64,000 nucleotides of DNA, taken from assembly GCA_029855935.1 (NCBI GenBank), contig JAGSHN010000012.1, positions 208,869-272,868 on the forward strand, written 5' to 3'. Positions 9,418 to 19,196 of the stretch are shown piece after piece. Both the position numbers and the translations under genes were made by a program. The stretch is from Candidatus Thorarchaeota archaeon. Lineage in GTDB: Archaea > Asgardarchaeota > Thorarchaeia > Thorarchaeales > Thorarchaeaceae. Under the pieces are notes generated by a model, which searched no databases, was not told where the DNA came from, and saw only the letters and a program-made list of their open reading frames with translations. How positions within the stretch are numbered: position 1 is the first letter of the stretch; the number at the start of each line of letters is the position of its first letter.

Positions 9418-9708
9418 CTACACCTCTGTCAGGTCGAACACCTTGTTCAGGGTGTCGAGGAGAAAGGCCTTGGCCTCCCGCATGGCCTCACGTCCCCGCT
9501 GGGTGATCTCATAGTACTTCCGTGGCGACTCTGTGTTTCGCTGTTCCTGTATTAGCCCGTCCTTGACGAGACGATATATGATTGCATAGCCGCTCACCGT
9601 GGCAGGAGAGAAACCGAACCTCTTGCTCACAAGGGCCTTCAGCTCATATCCGTAGTGTGGCCGTTCTTGAAGCAGTCTCAGAATGTAGATCCACAGCATC
9701 TCCTTTGT
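9418..9708 (-). CDS. PadR family transcriptional regulator
   Basis: MTKEMLWIYILRLLQERPHYGYELKALVSKRFG…YRLVKDGLIQ… is a typical PadR wHTH. The internal Met is chosen as start (96 aa) to avoid overlap with the upstream gene. Confidence 0.7.
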   Translation of the reverse strand, partial: TKEMLWIYILRLLQERPHYGYELKALVSKRFGFSPATVSGYAIIYRLVKDGLIQEQRNTESPRKYYEITQRGREAMREAKAFLLDTLNKVFDLTEV

Positions 9709-9748
9709 CATCTTGTCGACAAGACGCCCGATGGCCTTTGGCCGGTCC

Positions 9749-10372
9749 CTAGACGACTCCTCTCCTAGCATTGTGCGTCATCCTCTCGAAGTGCGATATC
9801 ACCATTGCGATACAGTGGCTGCTCAAGTAGCTTCTCGGCCCAAGTGATATGGCGGGGATGTGCATCTCCCCTATCACTCTCCGGGCCTGCGAATCAAAGC
9901 CCATGTGGTCTCCCAGCATAAAACTGTTCTCTGCTTTGTGAATACCAGAGTCAATCTCTGTCAGATCTCGACCTCCCTCATCCAGCACCCAGAGATGCCC
10001 GCCATGCCGTCGTATCTGTGCCACAACATCACGGACGCTCGCGTTCTCAACGCTCACGAAGGGGGGAGGTCTTCCATCCAGTGAGTCCTTGATCGCCTTG
10101 GCCCAGGCGACCTCTCCTATGGGAGGACTATCTGGAGGGGCTGTGAAATGTAGGGCCTTGGTGTCGCCGAGGATGGCCACGAGCTCGATACGCTCCCTCG
10201 GCCATATGGTCGGTGCCCAGTCAAAACAGGCGGCTAGGTCTCTGCATAGAATGTCAATTCTGCGACCGCTGCCCGGGAGATCTTTTAGAATGAAGCGGGT
10301 TGCTGGTGGAGTGCGTGGCATGAGCTGGATGAAGCGGAGTATGCCCTGCTTCTTCGTCATCTGGAGTACCAA
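9749..10372 (-). CDS. SPOUT methyltransferase, TrmY-like (tRNA pseudouridine54 N1-methyltransferase family, COG1901)
   Basis: ~200 aa with KDLPGSGRRIDILCRD… near the N-terminus and FMLGDHMGFD near the C-terminus, matching the pattern remembered for COG1901. Confidence 0.5.
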   Translation of the reverse strand: MVLQMTKKQGILRFIQLMPRTPPATRFILKDLPGSGRRIDILCRDLAACFDWAPTIWPRERIELVAILGDTKALHFTAPPDSPPIGEVAWAKAIKDSLDGRPPPFVSVENASVRDVVAQIRRHGGHLWVLDEGGRDLTEIDSGIHKAENSFMLGDHMGFDSQARRVIGEMHIPAISLGPRSYLSSHCIAMVISHFERMTHNARRGVV

Positions 10373-10440
10373 CTGCCCCCTGTGCCCGTGAGGACCTGAT
10401 GCACAGACAGTATGTATGTCATTGTGACGTGATGCGATGT

Positions 10441-10728
10441 CTAGTAGTATCCGCGCCTCGGCTTTCTCTCGGCCGCACTACGAATCTGCAGCTTGCCTGA
10501 GTGAATGGCGCAACTGATACAGTAGTACTCGGTCACGACGCGTGTGTGTATGAACGCGCCCTGTTTTCGCAGCTCACGTGCCAGCTGCGGGTCTACAGCC
10601 GAGACTCTGCGCGTGAACTTCTTGGCCTTGTCCGCAGGAACAATCCTGCCACACTTGGAACACTGTACCGTACCGGTCCTTCCGGAGCCGCCCTTTGCGC
10701 GGCCGCCAGACTTTCTCTTCTTACCCAC
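10441..10728 (-). CDS. rps26e: 30S ribosomal protein eS26
   Basis: GGRAKGG…VQCSKCGRIVPADKAKKF…YYCISCAIHS matches the eS26 zinc-ribbon consensus (YCVSCAIHS). GTG start. Confidence 0.9.
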   Translation of the reverse strand: MGKKRKSGGRAKGGSGRTGTVQCSKCGRIVPADKAKKFTRRVSAVDPQLARELRKQGAFIHTRVVTEYYCISCAIHSGKLQIRSAAERKPRRGYY

Positions 10729-10770
10729 AGTAGTCCACCAGCGGTGTTTTTCACGGCGCCCCCTACTATT

Positions 10771-10785
10771 TGCCTTAAAACCTTG
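10771..10785 (-). promoter_or_regulatory. candidate TATA-like element upstream of eS26
   Basis: On the minus strand, TTTTAAGG lies ~47-55 nt upstream of the GTG start. A GGTGG RBS-like sequence sits 8-12 nt before the start. Confidence 0.25.
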
Positions 10786-10809
10786 TGGCTATCTCCATTT
10801 ATCCCCCTG

Positions 10810-11883
10810 TCATCGGGTCTGTTTCTTGACAATCCTCTCCACCTCGTCGATAATCTTGGCATTGAGTCGCACTATGTCCTCGTCCACAATCCGCTCGACC
10901 TGGTCGTGAAGCCGCGGACAGCGCTCTCCTGCGAGTCCTCTCATTGAGGCCTCCACAGATAGCCCGACGAGGAACGGGTTGTACCCCCCCTCCAGCACCC
11001 AGAATGATCCGGACGCGTCTGTTTCCTCAACCAGTTCTCTGATCAGTCGGCCTATGCGCCAGAAGGTGGAGCTGTCGACGTTCATGTTCCCCACGGGATC
11101 GCCGTAGTGGGCATCGTAGCCCGCGGAGACAGCAATGATGTCAGGGTTGAAACTGACTATTGCAGGTCTAACAACACGCTCTAGGGCCTCCGTGTAGGAC
11201 TCGTCAGGCGAGTTTTCTGCAAGGGGGATATTGATGTTCGTGCCCAGACCGTCCCCGTGGCCTCTCTCAAGGAAGTGACCCGAGCTGGGATTCTCAAAGT
11301 CATATTCATGGATCGAGATGTACTGTACAGTAGAGTCCGCATAGAAGATCTCTGCCGTACCATTCCCGTGATGGTCGTCGAAGTCAAGTATTGAGACTCG
11401 CTTGGCCTCAGACTTCTGCAGCGACCTTGTTGCTATTGCCACGTTGTTGAAGTAGCAGAGCCCCATAGCAGTCGATGTGGATGCGTGATGACCAGGCGGG
11501 CGCATGATGGAGAAGGCATGTCTCGCCTTCCCCTCTTGGACAAGGTGAGCAGCCTCAATGGCTGCGCCCGCTGCAAGTCGGGCAGTCCTGTACAGCGCAG
11601 GACTGGCATAAGCAGCATCCCCCACCTCCCCACCGCCAAGCTTCGACATCAACATCACCAGTTCAATGAGATACCGCGAGTGAACGGTTGCCAGCTCGTC
11701 TTGGGTTGCCAGTCTCGGGGTGATGGTTTCAATAACGTCCCTGAATCCGCACCTGTCAAGATGCTGGAGAATCATCTGGACGCGAAGTGGCCGCTCAAAT
11801 GACTCGAGATGAGGTCTCGGAAATGGCATTACGTGTTCCGTGACGTCCGGATGGGTCACGACGACGATATCGGCGAGGGCCAC
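10810..11883 (-). CDS. histone deacetylase/acetoin-utilization (HDAC/AcuC) family protein
   Basis: …RPPGHHAS…, …DFDDHHGNGT…, …SAGYDAHYGDP…, …LEGGYN… are the canonical HDAC metal-site motifs. Confidence 0.85.
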   Translation of the reverse strand: MALADIVVVTHPDVTEHVMPFPRPHLESFERPLRVQMILQHLDRCGFRDVIETITPRLATQDELATVHSRYLIELVMLMSKLGGGEVGDAAYASPALYRTARLAAGAAIEAAHLVQEGKARHAFSIMRPPGHHASTSTAMGLCYFNNVAIATRSLQKSEAKRVSILDFDDHHGNGTAEIFYADSTVQYISIHEYDFENPSSGHFLERGHGDGLGTNINIPLAENSPDESYTEALERVVRPAIVSFNPDIIAVSAGYDAHYGDPVGNMNVDSSTFWRIGRLIRELVEETDASGSFWVLEGGYNPFLVGLSVEASMRGLAGERCPRLHDQVERIVDEDIVRLNAKIIDEVERIVKKQTR

Positions 11884-11889
11884 GCGAGC

Positions 11890-13383
11890 TCACCACTCAA
11901 GACTCTGCAGCACGTCCTTATACTCTTGCCTCTGCGCCAACGGAAACCAGTCCTCTACCCTCATGACATATCTGTACAGAACATTCTCCGCGCGAGCCAT
12001 TACAGTGTCTCTCCTCCTCCTACGGCTCAGCCCGCTGATGGGATGTCTCTCAAGATAGTACTCTATGAACTCGTCAACGTCTGTCCACCTTCTCGTGACG
12101 TCCACCCAGACGTATCCGTCCTTCTCGTAGGTGCGAGAATGTCGCTTCTTGAAGGCCCTGACGGCGTCTCCAAGGTCGAGCGGAGGTCCTCTCCTCTTGT
12201 ACACAGGCTCAATCTTGGGCCGCTCCACGATGAGGGACGCTGCAAAGGTGTACCCCTCGAAGTACACCTCCCAGAGGACATCTCCAAACCTGACCTCACC
12301 TGTTCCCTCCCGGGCCAAGGCTGCGCTGAGGCCGCGCATGAGCCTGTAGATCTTGTCCCGGTAGAGAGTGTAGTGTTTCTCAGGGTCGCCGATGAACCTG
12401 ATAGTCCTGCAGTGCGGTGCGAGCCAAGTTGGCAGAGGGTCGTCTGGTATCGGCTTCTCAATGACAATGGCGACCGCAGCGTTGTCGCGTCTATGTGCTG
12501 TCAGCTCCTGCAGATGGGCGAGCCTCTGCTGCACCCATCTTATCGCCCTGGGAGAGAAACTTGCTCCCACGTTCCTATTCGGGTCGACAGGGTCTATTAT
12601 GACAGCGAAGTCCTCCTCTATGGACGGTACCTGCTTGACTAGTTCTTGAGGGTTCCTCCGAAACGGATCAACCGGTCGTCTTCCAAGGCCACCAAGCAAC
12701 GAGGCTGCGCCATCCAGTCCATCTCCAAGAATGACCAGCACCTCAATGGCATAACCCGTGAGCCCTATCTGACCCACCGCACAGGAGTCACCGTAGGCGT
12801 GGGAGGCCCTGACGAACGACTTCAGTATCCGGACATCCTCCCGCAGTTCGTCCGTCAGATGACTGACCACATAGCGCGTGTGATGGACAGTTCGGTCCAC
12901 TGCTGTCAGGGGCCCCGTGTGCAACAACGTCTCAGCAGGCAGATCAAAACAGAAAATGATGTCTACGTCTATGCCATCTATCACTGCGCTCAGGTACGGA
13001 TGCTGGGAGTAGGCCTTTACCATCTTTGTGGCCCCAGCGGCACGGGCAGCAGGTGCGAACCACTCGTTGACAAGGCCATCAAACTCTCTGGATATCAGGC
13101 GATCGCGCTCGGGTCGTGGGAGTGATACGATCTCCTCATAGTCTTCTGGTCGAAGCGCAACAAACAGGTCTATGTCGGCTGCACCACGGATCTGGGTCTG
13201 TTTCTCGCCAGTCGATCCCTGCGGCTCAATTGAGCTAAATCTCCTGCCCTGTTTCCGCCCAAGCTCTGCGAGATGCGTGGTGATCTTCTCGATGACCTTC
13301 CTCTGATGGCGTATCTCCTGAGGCGTGGGGGTGATATTGTCAAGTATCATCTTTCTTGCTCGTGACGTAAGGAGGCGCGCCAT
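11890..13383 (-). CDS. cca: archaeal class I CCA-adding enzyme (tRNA nucleotidyltransferase)
   Basis: Pol-beta NTase motif GSTGEKQTQIRGAADIDLFV. Blocks collinear with the Archaeoglobus Cca: QHPYLSAVIDGIDVDIIFCF, AVDRTVHHTRYV, LKSFVRASHAYGDS…TGYAIEVL, IIDPVDPNRNVGAS. Start set at the internal Met (MARLLTSRARKMILDNITP…). Confidence 0.85.
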   Translation of the reverse strand: MARLLTSRARKMILDNITPTPQEIRHQRKVIEKITTHLAELGRKQGRRFSSIEPQGSTGEKQTQIRGAADIDLFVALRPEDYEEIVSLPRPERDRLISREFDGLVNEWFAPAARAAGATKMVKAYSQHPYLSAVIDGIDVDIIFCFDLPAETLLHTGPLTAVDRTVHHTRYVVSHLTDELREDVRILKSFVRASHAYGDSCAVGQIGLTGYAIEVLVILGDGLDGAASLLGGLGRRPVDPFRRNPQELVKQVPSIEEDFAVIIDPVDPNRNVGASFSPRAIRWVQQRLAHLQELTAHRRDNAAVAIVIEKPIPDDPLPTWLAPHCRTIRFIGDPEKHYTLYRDKIYRLMRGLSAALAREGTGEVRFGDVLWEVYFEGYTFAASLIVERPKIEPVYKRRGPPLDLGDAVRAFKKRHSRTYEKDGYVWVDVTRRWTDVDEFIEYYLERHPISGLSRRRRRDTVMARAENVLYRYVMRVEDWFPLAQRQEYKDVLQSLEW

Positions 13384-13474
13384 CGTGCTCACGGATGGCC
13401 CTCGGTCGAGGATAAAGAATCTGCCTCTCACGTAACATTGAACTGATGGCGGTAGCGCCTTTTCTCGGAAGGTA

Positions 13475-13975
13475 GTGGAGATGTCGTCGATACTACCAAT
13501 TGCAATCACTATCTTGCGGTGTGATGGCAGTTTTCTATTCATACGGAGGAGGCAGGCCCCATACGAGGGGCTCTGGAGCCTCGTCGGTGGGAAGATCCGT
13601 CCTGGTGAGCACATTGCGGCTGCGGCGGTTCGTGAGATACTTGAGGAGACGGGAGCAGAGAGTGTGCACGGGTATCGATACCAAGGGGTTGTATCGGAGC
13701 GCCTTGTTGATGCTACTGGTCACCTGTTGCAGCACTTCTTGATCTTTGTAGGTAGCGCTGATATTGACTCGTACTCTCCTCGTCACCGAGAGGGCGATCT
13801 GCGTCTGTTCACGCGAGCCGAAACCCGGGCTCGACGGGCTGAGTTCCTTCCGTCGGACCTCCACATGTTCGAAACAATGAGTGGAAGCGACCACGACTGT
13901 GGCCTTTATGAGGCAGAGCTCGTACAGGTGAATGGCTCCTACTCTCTCAACTACTATCGGAAGTATGACGGTTGA
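13475..13975 (+). CDS. NUDIX hydrolase
   Basis: Nudix box GGKIRPGEHIAAAAVREILEETG. Confidence 0.8.
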   Translation: MEMSSILPIAITILRCDGSFLFIRRRQAPYEGLWSLVGGKIRPGEHIAAAAVREILEETGAESVHGYRYQGVVSERLVDATGHLLQHFLIFVGSADIDSYSPRHREGDLRLFTRAETRARRAEFLPSDLHMFETMSGSDHDCGLYEAELVQVNGSYSLNYYRKYDG

Positions 13976-14943
13976 AGGTCGGCATGATTGACGTGGTTCC
14001 CATTGCTGCTGAGTCACTCGGGGTCAGATCTATGTGCACACGAATTGTGACTCCTGACATCCGTCTGATTCTCGACCCCTCCGCTGCCCTGTCCCGACGC
14101 AACGGTCTCGAACCACATCCTGTTGAATACAGGCGTCTGCGTGAGACGCTCGAGCGCATCTTTGTTGAGGTTCGAGCTGCAGACCTCGTGTCAATATCGC
14201 ACTATCACTTTGACCATGTGCGTCCGGGCTTCACAGATTTTCGGTATACCTTTGGCTCCCGAGAGGAACTGCAGCGACTCTTTGAGGGGAAGCGGATCCT
14301 CGCAAAGGACTACAGAGATCACATCAATGCTTCGCAGAGGCGTCGGGCCTACTATTTCGAGAAGGACCTTCGTGGTGTGGCCGGGGAGATGGTCTGGGCC
14401 GACGCCTCTCGCCTTGAGGTTGGAAACACAACGATCACGTTCTCCTCCCCGCTTCCTCACGGACCCGACAGGACCCCCTTGGGCTTTGTGCTTGCCACAA
14501 CAGTCGAATATGACGGCACGCGTGTATTGTTTGCACCGGACCTCCAAGGCCCGGTCAGTGATAGTTCGTTGAAGTTCATCCTTGACACTGTACCTGATCT
14601 GCTGATCATAGGCGGTCCTCCGACATACCTCCAGCAATTTGCTCCACACCTGAGGACTGCTCGCGGGAACCTCATAGAGATCGTCGCTCGAATACCCCTT
14701 GTCGCCGTGGACCATCACCTGCTTCGGTCGATGACTTGGCGGGAGTGGCTGGCTCCCGTGTCTGAAGAGGCCGAACGGAACGAGACCGACCTGAAAACAC
14801 TCGCGGCCCTTGCCGGCCGCAGCGAGGACTGTCTTGAGGCACGTCGGCGACAGCTCTACGACGCAATGCCGCCCTCCGAGGAGTTTATAGACTGGACAAA
14901 GGCAACACGTGAGTACAAGATGCATCACCCTCCTCCCCTCTGA
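13972..14943 (+). CDS. metallo-beta-lactamase-fold protein (UPF0282-like)
   Basis: SISHYHFDHV (HxHxDH) with downstream His/Asp residues. 4-nt overlap with the NUDIX gene. Confidence 0.5.
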   Translation: MKVGMIDVVPIAAESLGVRSMCTRIVTPDIRLILDPSAALSRRNGLEPHPVEYRRLRETLERIFVEVRAADLVSISHYHFDHVRPGFTDFRYTFGSREELQRLFEGKRILAKDYRDHINASQRRRAYYFEKDLRGVAGEMVWADASRLEVGNTTITFSSPLPHGPDRTPLGFVLATTVEYDGTRVLFAPDLQGPVSDSSLKFILDTVPDLLIIGGPPTYLQQFAPHLRTARGNLIEIVARIPLVAVDHHLLRSMTWREWLAPVSEEAERNETDLKTLAALAGRSEDCLEARRRQLYDAMPPSEEFIDWTKATREYKMHHPPPL

Positions 14944-14994
14944 GGGTTTGTATGACATACCTTTTAGTAAAGAAACAACCCAGCCATCTCGAAG

Positions 14995-15258
14995 ATGAGT
15001 CCATCAGTGTCCTCTACCAATCACTTCGAGACTGAAACAGTGAGGTATCTCGTGGGAAATCTCGGTCTGCAGGTGCTCAACCTGATTGACCAAGGCTGTA
15101 CCACTGACACAGACCTCATGCGGTTCTCAAGCATCAGCAAGACGTGTTTGGACGTCAAGGTTCCCCTTTTAAAGACGCTTGGACTGATAGTTGCGGACGA
15201 GTCCGGATATAGGGTCACGAGTGAAGGCCAGAGAGTATTGCGTGAGATCTACGGGTGA
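14995..15258 (+). CDS. small winged-helix DNA-binding protein (putative regulator)
   Basis: 87 aa; …LKTLGLIVADESGYRVTSEGQRVL… is a wing-helix recognition-like segment. Confidence 0.3.
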   Translation: MSPSVSSTNHFETETVRYLVGNLGLQVLNLIDQGCTTDTDLMRFSSISKTCLDVKVPLLKTLGLIVADESGYRVTSEGQRVLREIYG

Positions 15259-15668
15259 TGATGTTGAAACATCTTACAACGTCAGTAGTGTCACGCCTCC
15301 AAGATGGCAACCTCGATCTGAGAGGCGTGGCCGATGCGGTGGGCATCAAGTCAGGATCGCACGTCCTTCTAGTCGGCAATCGTAGTGGAACAATCCGCAT
15401 CATTCCGCTTGAGAGTGGCTCGGCAATTGAGTTGCGCGTTGAGTTCTCACTTACGGCATTCCCTGAGTCGGCGCGAAAGGTGCTCGCAAAGGTCAAACAG
15501 TTCGGTCTCAGTATACTTCACTCCACGGGATTCTGTCCCGTTGAAGATTGTTGTATCTGGGAGGCCTTCTTTGAGGGTCCTCACGAATCGAGAGTTGACG
15601 AACTTGTGGCGTGGCTGAATGAACAGGACGCGGTTATGAACGTGGAACATAACAGACTGGGGATGTGA
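15255..15668 (+). CDS. hypothetical protein, possible ACT-like ligand-binding domain
   Basis: ATGA overlap with the upstream wHTH gene. The beta-alpha-beta-rich composition (…HVLLVGNRSGTIRIIPLESGSAIELRVEF…) fits an ACT-like fold. Weak call. Confidence 0.25.
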   Translation: MMMLKHLTTSVVSRLQDGNLDLRGVADAVGIKSGSHVLLVGNRSGTIRIIPLESGSAIELRVEFSLTAFPESARKVLAKVKQFGLSILHSTGFCPVEDCCIWEAFFEGPHESRVDELVAWLNEQDAVMNVEHNRLGM

Positions 15669-15672
15669 TAGG

Positions 15673-16245
15673 GTGTTGACTACCGCTCGGGATGATGATG
15701 ATGCAGTCCTCGGCTTGTCTACACGTGACATTGTTCAGAGGTTCAGAGACGCGGTGTCAGAGGCCGACAGACTACTGAGAGGAGAGCAGTATCAGCAGGC
15801 AATGGCATTGTACTTTGATGCGAGTCAGTCGGCCGACGAGCTGTTCGGGCGGTTCGTCAACCTCTTGATGCGTACCGCGCCCAGTGATGCATATCGCGAC
15901 CTGTTGATAGAGATACTGGGTTGGCGACTGAGATACTACACTACCCAGTACGACTATCATCTCTCTGTCGCGCAGACACTGACAGGTCTTCCACGAGATG
16001 AGTGGCTTGCCCGTCTGGAAACAATTCTTGTCCTCTCGCAGACCCTAGTGGAGAAGATGATTCCTCTTGTGGATGAGGCGCGGGATCAGGGCACGCGTGA
16101 GCGCATTCGCACCCTTCTCAGTGACTGGGTGACCGGGGTGAGGGATCTTGTTGATAAGCTGAGGACGTGGGGGATGTCGAGCGCCCAGGCTGCCCAGATT
16201 CTAGAGTGGGCACTTGACAACGGATTGACACCGGAGAAGCAGTAG
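15673..16245 (+). CDS. hypothetical helical protein
   Basis: ORF with good coding periodicity. Predicted all-alpha. No recognisable motif. Confidence 0.3.
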   Translation: MLTTARDDDDAVLGLSTRDIVQRFRDAVSEADRLLRGEQYQQAMALYFDASQSADELFGRFVNLLMRTAPSDAYRDLLIEILGWRLRYYTTQYDYHLSVAQTLTGLPRDEWLARLETILVLSQTLVEKMIPLVDEARDQGTRERIRTLLSDWVTGVRDLVDKLRTWGMSSAQAAQILEWALDNGLTPEKQ

Positions 16246-16272
16246 GTCTACACGGCCACACGGTGGTGGCTT

Positions 16273-16494
16273 CTACGTTTTCACGTCTGCCTCCACAAAT
16301 GCGGCCACAGCCTCTGTGTCGGCGAGTTGCAGATGGCTGTCCAAGTAACAGATGAGATAGTGGTCGTGATGTCTTATGACGATGGCCGCGGGGAATCTCT
16401 TCACGTCCTTGAGGGCTTCTTTTGGTATCTTCCAGTAGAGTGTCTCCTTGCACACCGGACATTGCATCCACTTCAGCCCTTCGGCCATAGTCAA
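16273..16494 (-). CDS. small hypothetical protein with CPxC zinc-ribbon-like motif
   Basis: …WMQCPVCKETLYW… plus HHDH…C. 73 aa. Confidence 0.25.
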   Translation of the reverse strand: MTMAEGLKWMQCPVCKETLYWKIPKEALKDVKRFPAAIVIRHHDHYLICYLDSHLQLADTEAVAAFVEADVKT

Positions 16495-16585
16495 CCACCG
16501 GCTTGTGGGTCTTTGAGAAACATACTAAAAACGTTTTCCGCTATCTTTGCAGCCCGCGAAACGCTCCTACAGGGCATCTGCAAGC

Positions 16586-17434
16586 CTATTCTTCGTCCTC
16601 CATGTCCCAAGCGCCCGGGTCCTCGATATCTCGGCTGAGAATGGGTCTCTTCCGGTGGATTAGTATTGAGACGTCGGTTCGTTCTGGGTCCACGACAATC
16701 TCCTTCGAGTCCTCGTCAAGTACTCCTGGGATGTAGCCTCTCTCTATTCCGCGACGCACCAGTCGCTCGACCTTGTCCTCTGGCAGTCCGGAGCTCTCTG
16801 AGAGGCTCTTTATTGATATTGCCAGCTCTGACTCAAGCGTAGTCCTGACAAAGCCCGTGAAGACGAGCTCGAACAGTTCTAGAATCTCACGTATTCCCTG
16901 TTTGTCAGTCACTCTCGCCACGGCTGCCCTAATGTACATGTCAGCGTCGCCGAACTGATACTCACTCAGCATCAGGGCAAGGTTGATCAACTCTTTGTTA
17001 TGACCACTGGTGGTTTCGGCAGCGGCGTGTATGAGATGGCGCGCTAGATCGATGTCACCGCCCAGTATGGCGCAGAACGCGCCATCGACGAACTGTGTGG
17101 GGTCCTGCTCGTTCTCCGCAACAAGAATGTATGCCTCTGCGGCAATCTGACAGTCAATCTCGAATTTCTCATGTTCCCCCTGTCTGAGCCAGGCCCTGCT
17201 GGCCTTGCGCATCGCCTGAGCCGCCTCTGCGTATCTCTGGGCCAGCATCCCGTGCTCATACGCTCTCTCGTAGCTCGCTGCCGCCTTTCCGAATTCTTCC
17301 CATCCCTCCCAACATCTGGCTGCCTCTAGGAACAGGTCCATTGCTTCAGAGTTGAGGCCATCTGAGGCCATATCTTCAGCAAGCTCTTCCCGCACACGGC
17401 AGTCTGTGCTCTGCATCTGGCATTCCTCTAGCAC
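16586..17434 (-). CDS. hypothetical helical-repeat protein with C-terminal winged-helix (PCI-like architecture)
   Basis: Helical N-terminal two-thirds. C-terminal …LSESSGLPEDKVERLVRRGIERGYIPGVLDEDSKEIVVD… looks like a wH. Acidic tail. Confidence 0.3.
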   Translation of the reverse strand: MLEECQMQSTDCRVREELAEDMASDGLNSEAMDLFLEAARCWEGWEEFGKAAASYERAYEHGMLAQRYAEAAQAMRKASRAWLRQGEHEKFEIDCQIAAEAYILVAENEQDPTQFVDGAFCAILGGDIDLARHLIHAAAETTSGHNKELINLALMLSEYQFGDADMYIRAAVARVTDKQGIREILELFELVFTGFVRTTLESELAISIKSLSESSGLPEDKVERLVRRGIERGYIPGVLDEDSKEIVVDPERTDVSILIHRKRPILSRDIEDPGAWDMEDEE

Positions 17435-17474
17435 GGAAGGGACGGAGGCGCATGCCGCGACGAGAGTTCTTATG

Positions 17475-18152
17475 CTATGTGATGCGTCCGTCCTTCATCC
17501 TGAGTACTCTCTTGGCGTACTTCACGAGGTCCTCATTGTGCGTGACGAGGACCACCGTCATTTTCCTCTCCTTGTTCAATCGTGCAATAATCTTCAGGAT
17601 GTTCTCTCCGGTCTTTGAGTCGAGATTGCCGGTCGGTTCATCGCAGAACAGAATTGGGGGGTTGTTGACCAGCGCACGGGCTATCGCCACTCTCTGCTGC
17701 TCGCCCCCGCTCATCTGCCTTGGGAAGTGGTCCTTGCGTTCAAGCATATCGACATCGCGGAGCACCTCAAGTGCCATGGCCTCCTGTTTCTCCTTCGGAA
17801 TCTCTTTGCTCGGCCATAGTACCGCCTCGACGTTCTCGAACGCTGTGAGATCCTCAATGAGCAGGAAGGCTTGAAAGACGAACCCTATCTTCTGGGCACG
17901 TACCTTCGGCATATCGCGCTCGCTGATCAGGGTGACATCGACTCCATCAATAAGGACTCTGCCGGAGGTCGGTGCCTCTAGCCCCGACAGCACATGAAGC
18001 AGAGTTGACTTTCCGCAACCGCTGGGTCCAACGACTGCGACGAACTCGCCAGGGAATATCTCAAGATTGATGTCCTTTAGCGCAGCCACGGTCTTCTTTC
18101 CGCGCCCGTATTCCTTGTTAACCTCTTGTGCCTGTATTATTGGATTGGCCAT
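17475..18152 (-). CDS. ABC transporter ATP-binding protein (MacB/LolD-type)
   Basis: GPSGCGKSTLLHVLSGL, LSGGEQQRVAIARAL, ILFCDEPTGNLD, VTHN. Confidence 0.85.
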   Translation of the reverse strand: MANPIIQAQEVNKEYGRGKKTVAALKDINLEIFPGEFVAVVGPSGCGKSTLLHVLSGLEAPTSGRVLIDGVDVTLISERDMPKVRAQKIGFVFQAFLLIEDLTAFENVEAVLWPSKEIPKEKQEAMALEVLRDVDMLERKDHFPRQMSGGEQQRVAIARALVNNPPILFCDEPTGNLDSKTGENILKIIARLNKERKMTVVLVTHNEDLVKYAKRVLRMKDGRIT

Positions 18153-18156
18153 CGTA

Positions 18157-18681
18157 TCACTCCTCCCTCAACGCCCTCATTGGTGGGATCCTCATGGCCC
18201 TCCATCTGGCAAGGAGAAGGCCAGGTATCTGCAGAACAACAATGAAGATCAGTGCAAGGGCCATTGGCATGGCGTCCACAACCATCAGCCTCTGGAGGTC
18301 GCTGAGAAACACAAAGTCTGTCTGGAAGTATGCAACGATTCCGAGAATCTCCACGCTGAGCTGGAAGACCACCAGATAGGCCGCCACGGCTACTATGACA
18401 ACCTCTCCCATCAGGAGCAGGAAGATCTCCGGGTTGCTCCACGACACGCACTTCAGGATGGCGATGTCGCGGGCCCTGAACTGGCTGATGAGAATGGCGT
18501 AGACGGTGGACACGATCAGGGCCATACCCAACCACGGTAGATATCCTGATAGCGTGCTGGCCTCTTGCAGACCTTTGCCGACGACCACAAACAGTATCGC
18601 GTATATGACTATGAACGCTGTGACTCTCTTTCTGGCGCGAAAAGCGAGTCGAAAACTTCTGAACAGTATTCTAATGTTCAA
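18157..18681 (-). CDS. small 4-TM membrane protein, minimal FtsX-like permease partner of the ABC ATPase
   Basis: 174 aa with ~4 hydrophobic helices and no extracytoplasmic domain. 4-nt gap to the ATPase gene. Confidence 0.45.
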   Translation of the reverse strand: MNIRILFRSFRLAFRARKRVTAFIVIYAILFVVVGKGLQEASTLSGYLPWLGMALIVSTVYAILISQFRARDIAILKCVSWSNPEIFLLLMGEVVIVAVAAYLVVFQLSVEILGIVAYFQTDFVFLSDLQRLMVVDAMPMALALIFIVVLQIPGLLLARWRAMRIPPMRALREE

Positions 18682-18739
18682 TGATTCTATCCTCCATCGG
18701 ACGTGCGGGTCAATCCTCTATTCAATCGCCTAAAGTGTG

Positions 18740-18994
18740 TTACGGGTGTATATGGCCTCTCACGGCCCCTTGGCTCTCAGGTGACGGCTCTTCCTGTCGC
18801 ATCCGCTGGAGGTCAGTCACAGCGATTCCATTGACCCAGAGCTCTCTCATCAGCAGGTCACGAATTGCGACACGAATGACTTCGCTGCGGCTCGGATACA
18901 TTCCCATCTCGACAAGCTTGTCAATGCCATCTACATAGAGCTCACTCATCTTCACCGTGATCAGCTTCAATGCTGCGTCCTCCCGGTACGGCAT
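18740..18994 (-). CDS. ribbon-helix-helix (CopG-like) DNA-binding protein
   Basis: KLITVKMSELYVDGIDKLVEMGMYPSRSEVIRVAIRDLL matches the beta-strand/helix/helix RHH pattern. Confidence 0.5.
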   Translation of the reverse strand: MPYREDAALKLITVKMSELYVDGIDKLVEMGMYPSRSEVIRVAIRDLLMRELWVNGIAVTDLQRMRQEEPSPESQGAVRGHIHP

Positions 18995-19196
18995 ATCCTG
19001 GTGTTACCAGATATAATCCCTTCGCACATGTGTACCGAATGGCGCTCTCCAACGGGAACTTGTCCACTCCAGCGCACTGCGGTAGTCTGGCCGGAAAAGG
19101 CTTAATACGCATCTTCCACTCAGACCCTCTCCTAGTGGAGGGCGGCCACAGTCGCCCCGGGCCGTCCCTGCGACAAGCAATGCTGGGTGCTGAGGA

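Noticed and set aside
11809-12642. 277-aa ORF on plus strand
   Set aside because: Antisense to the well-supported CCA-adding enzyme gene. No motifs.
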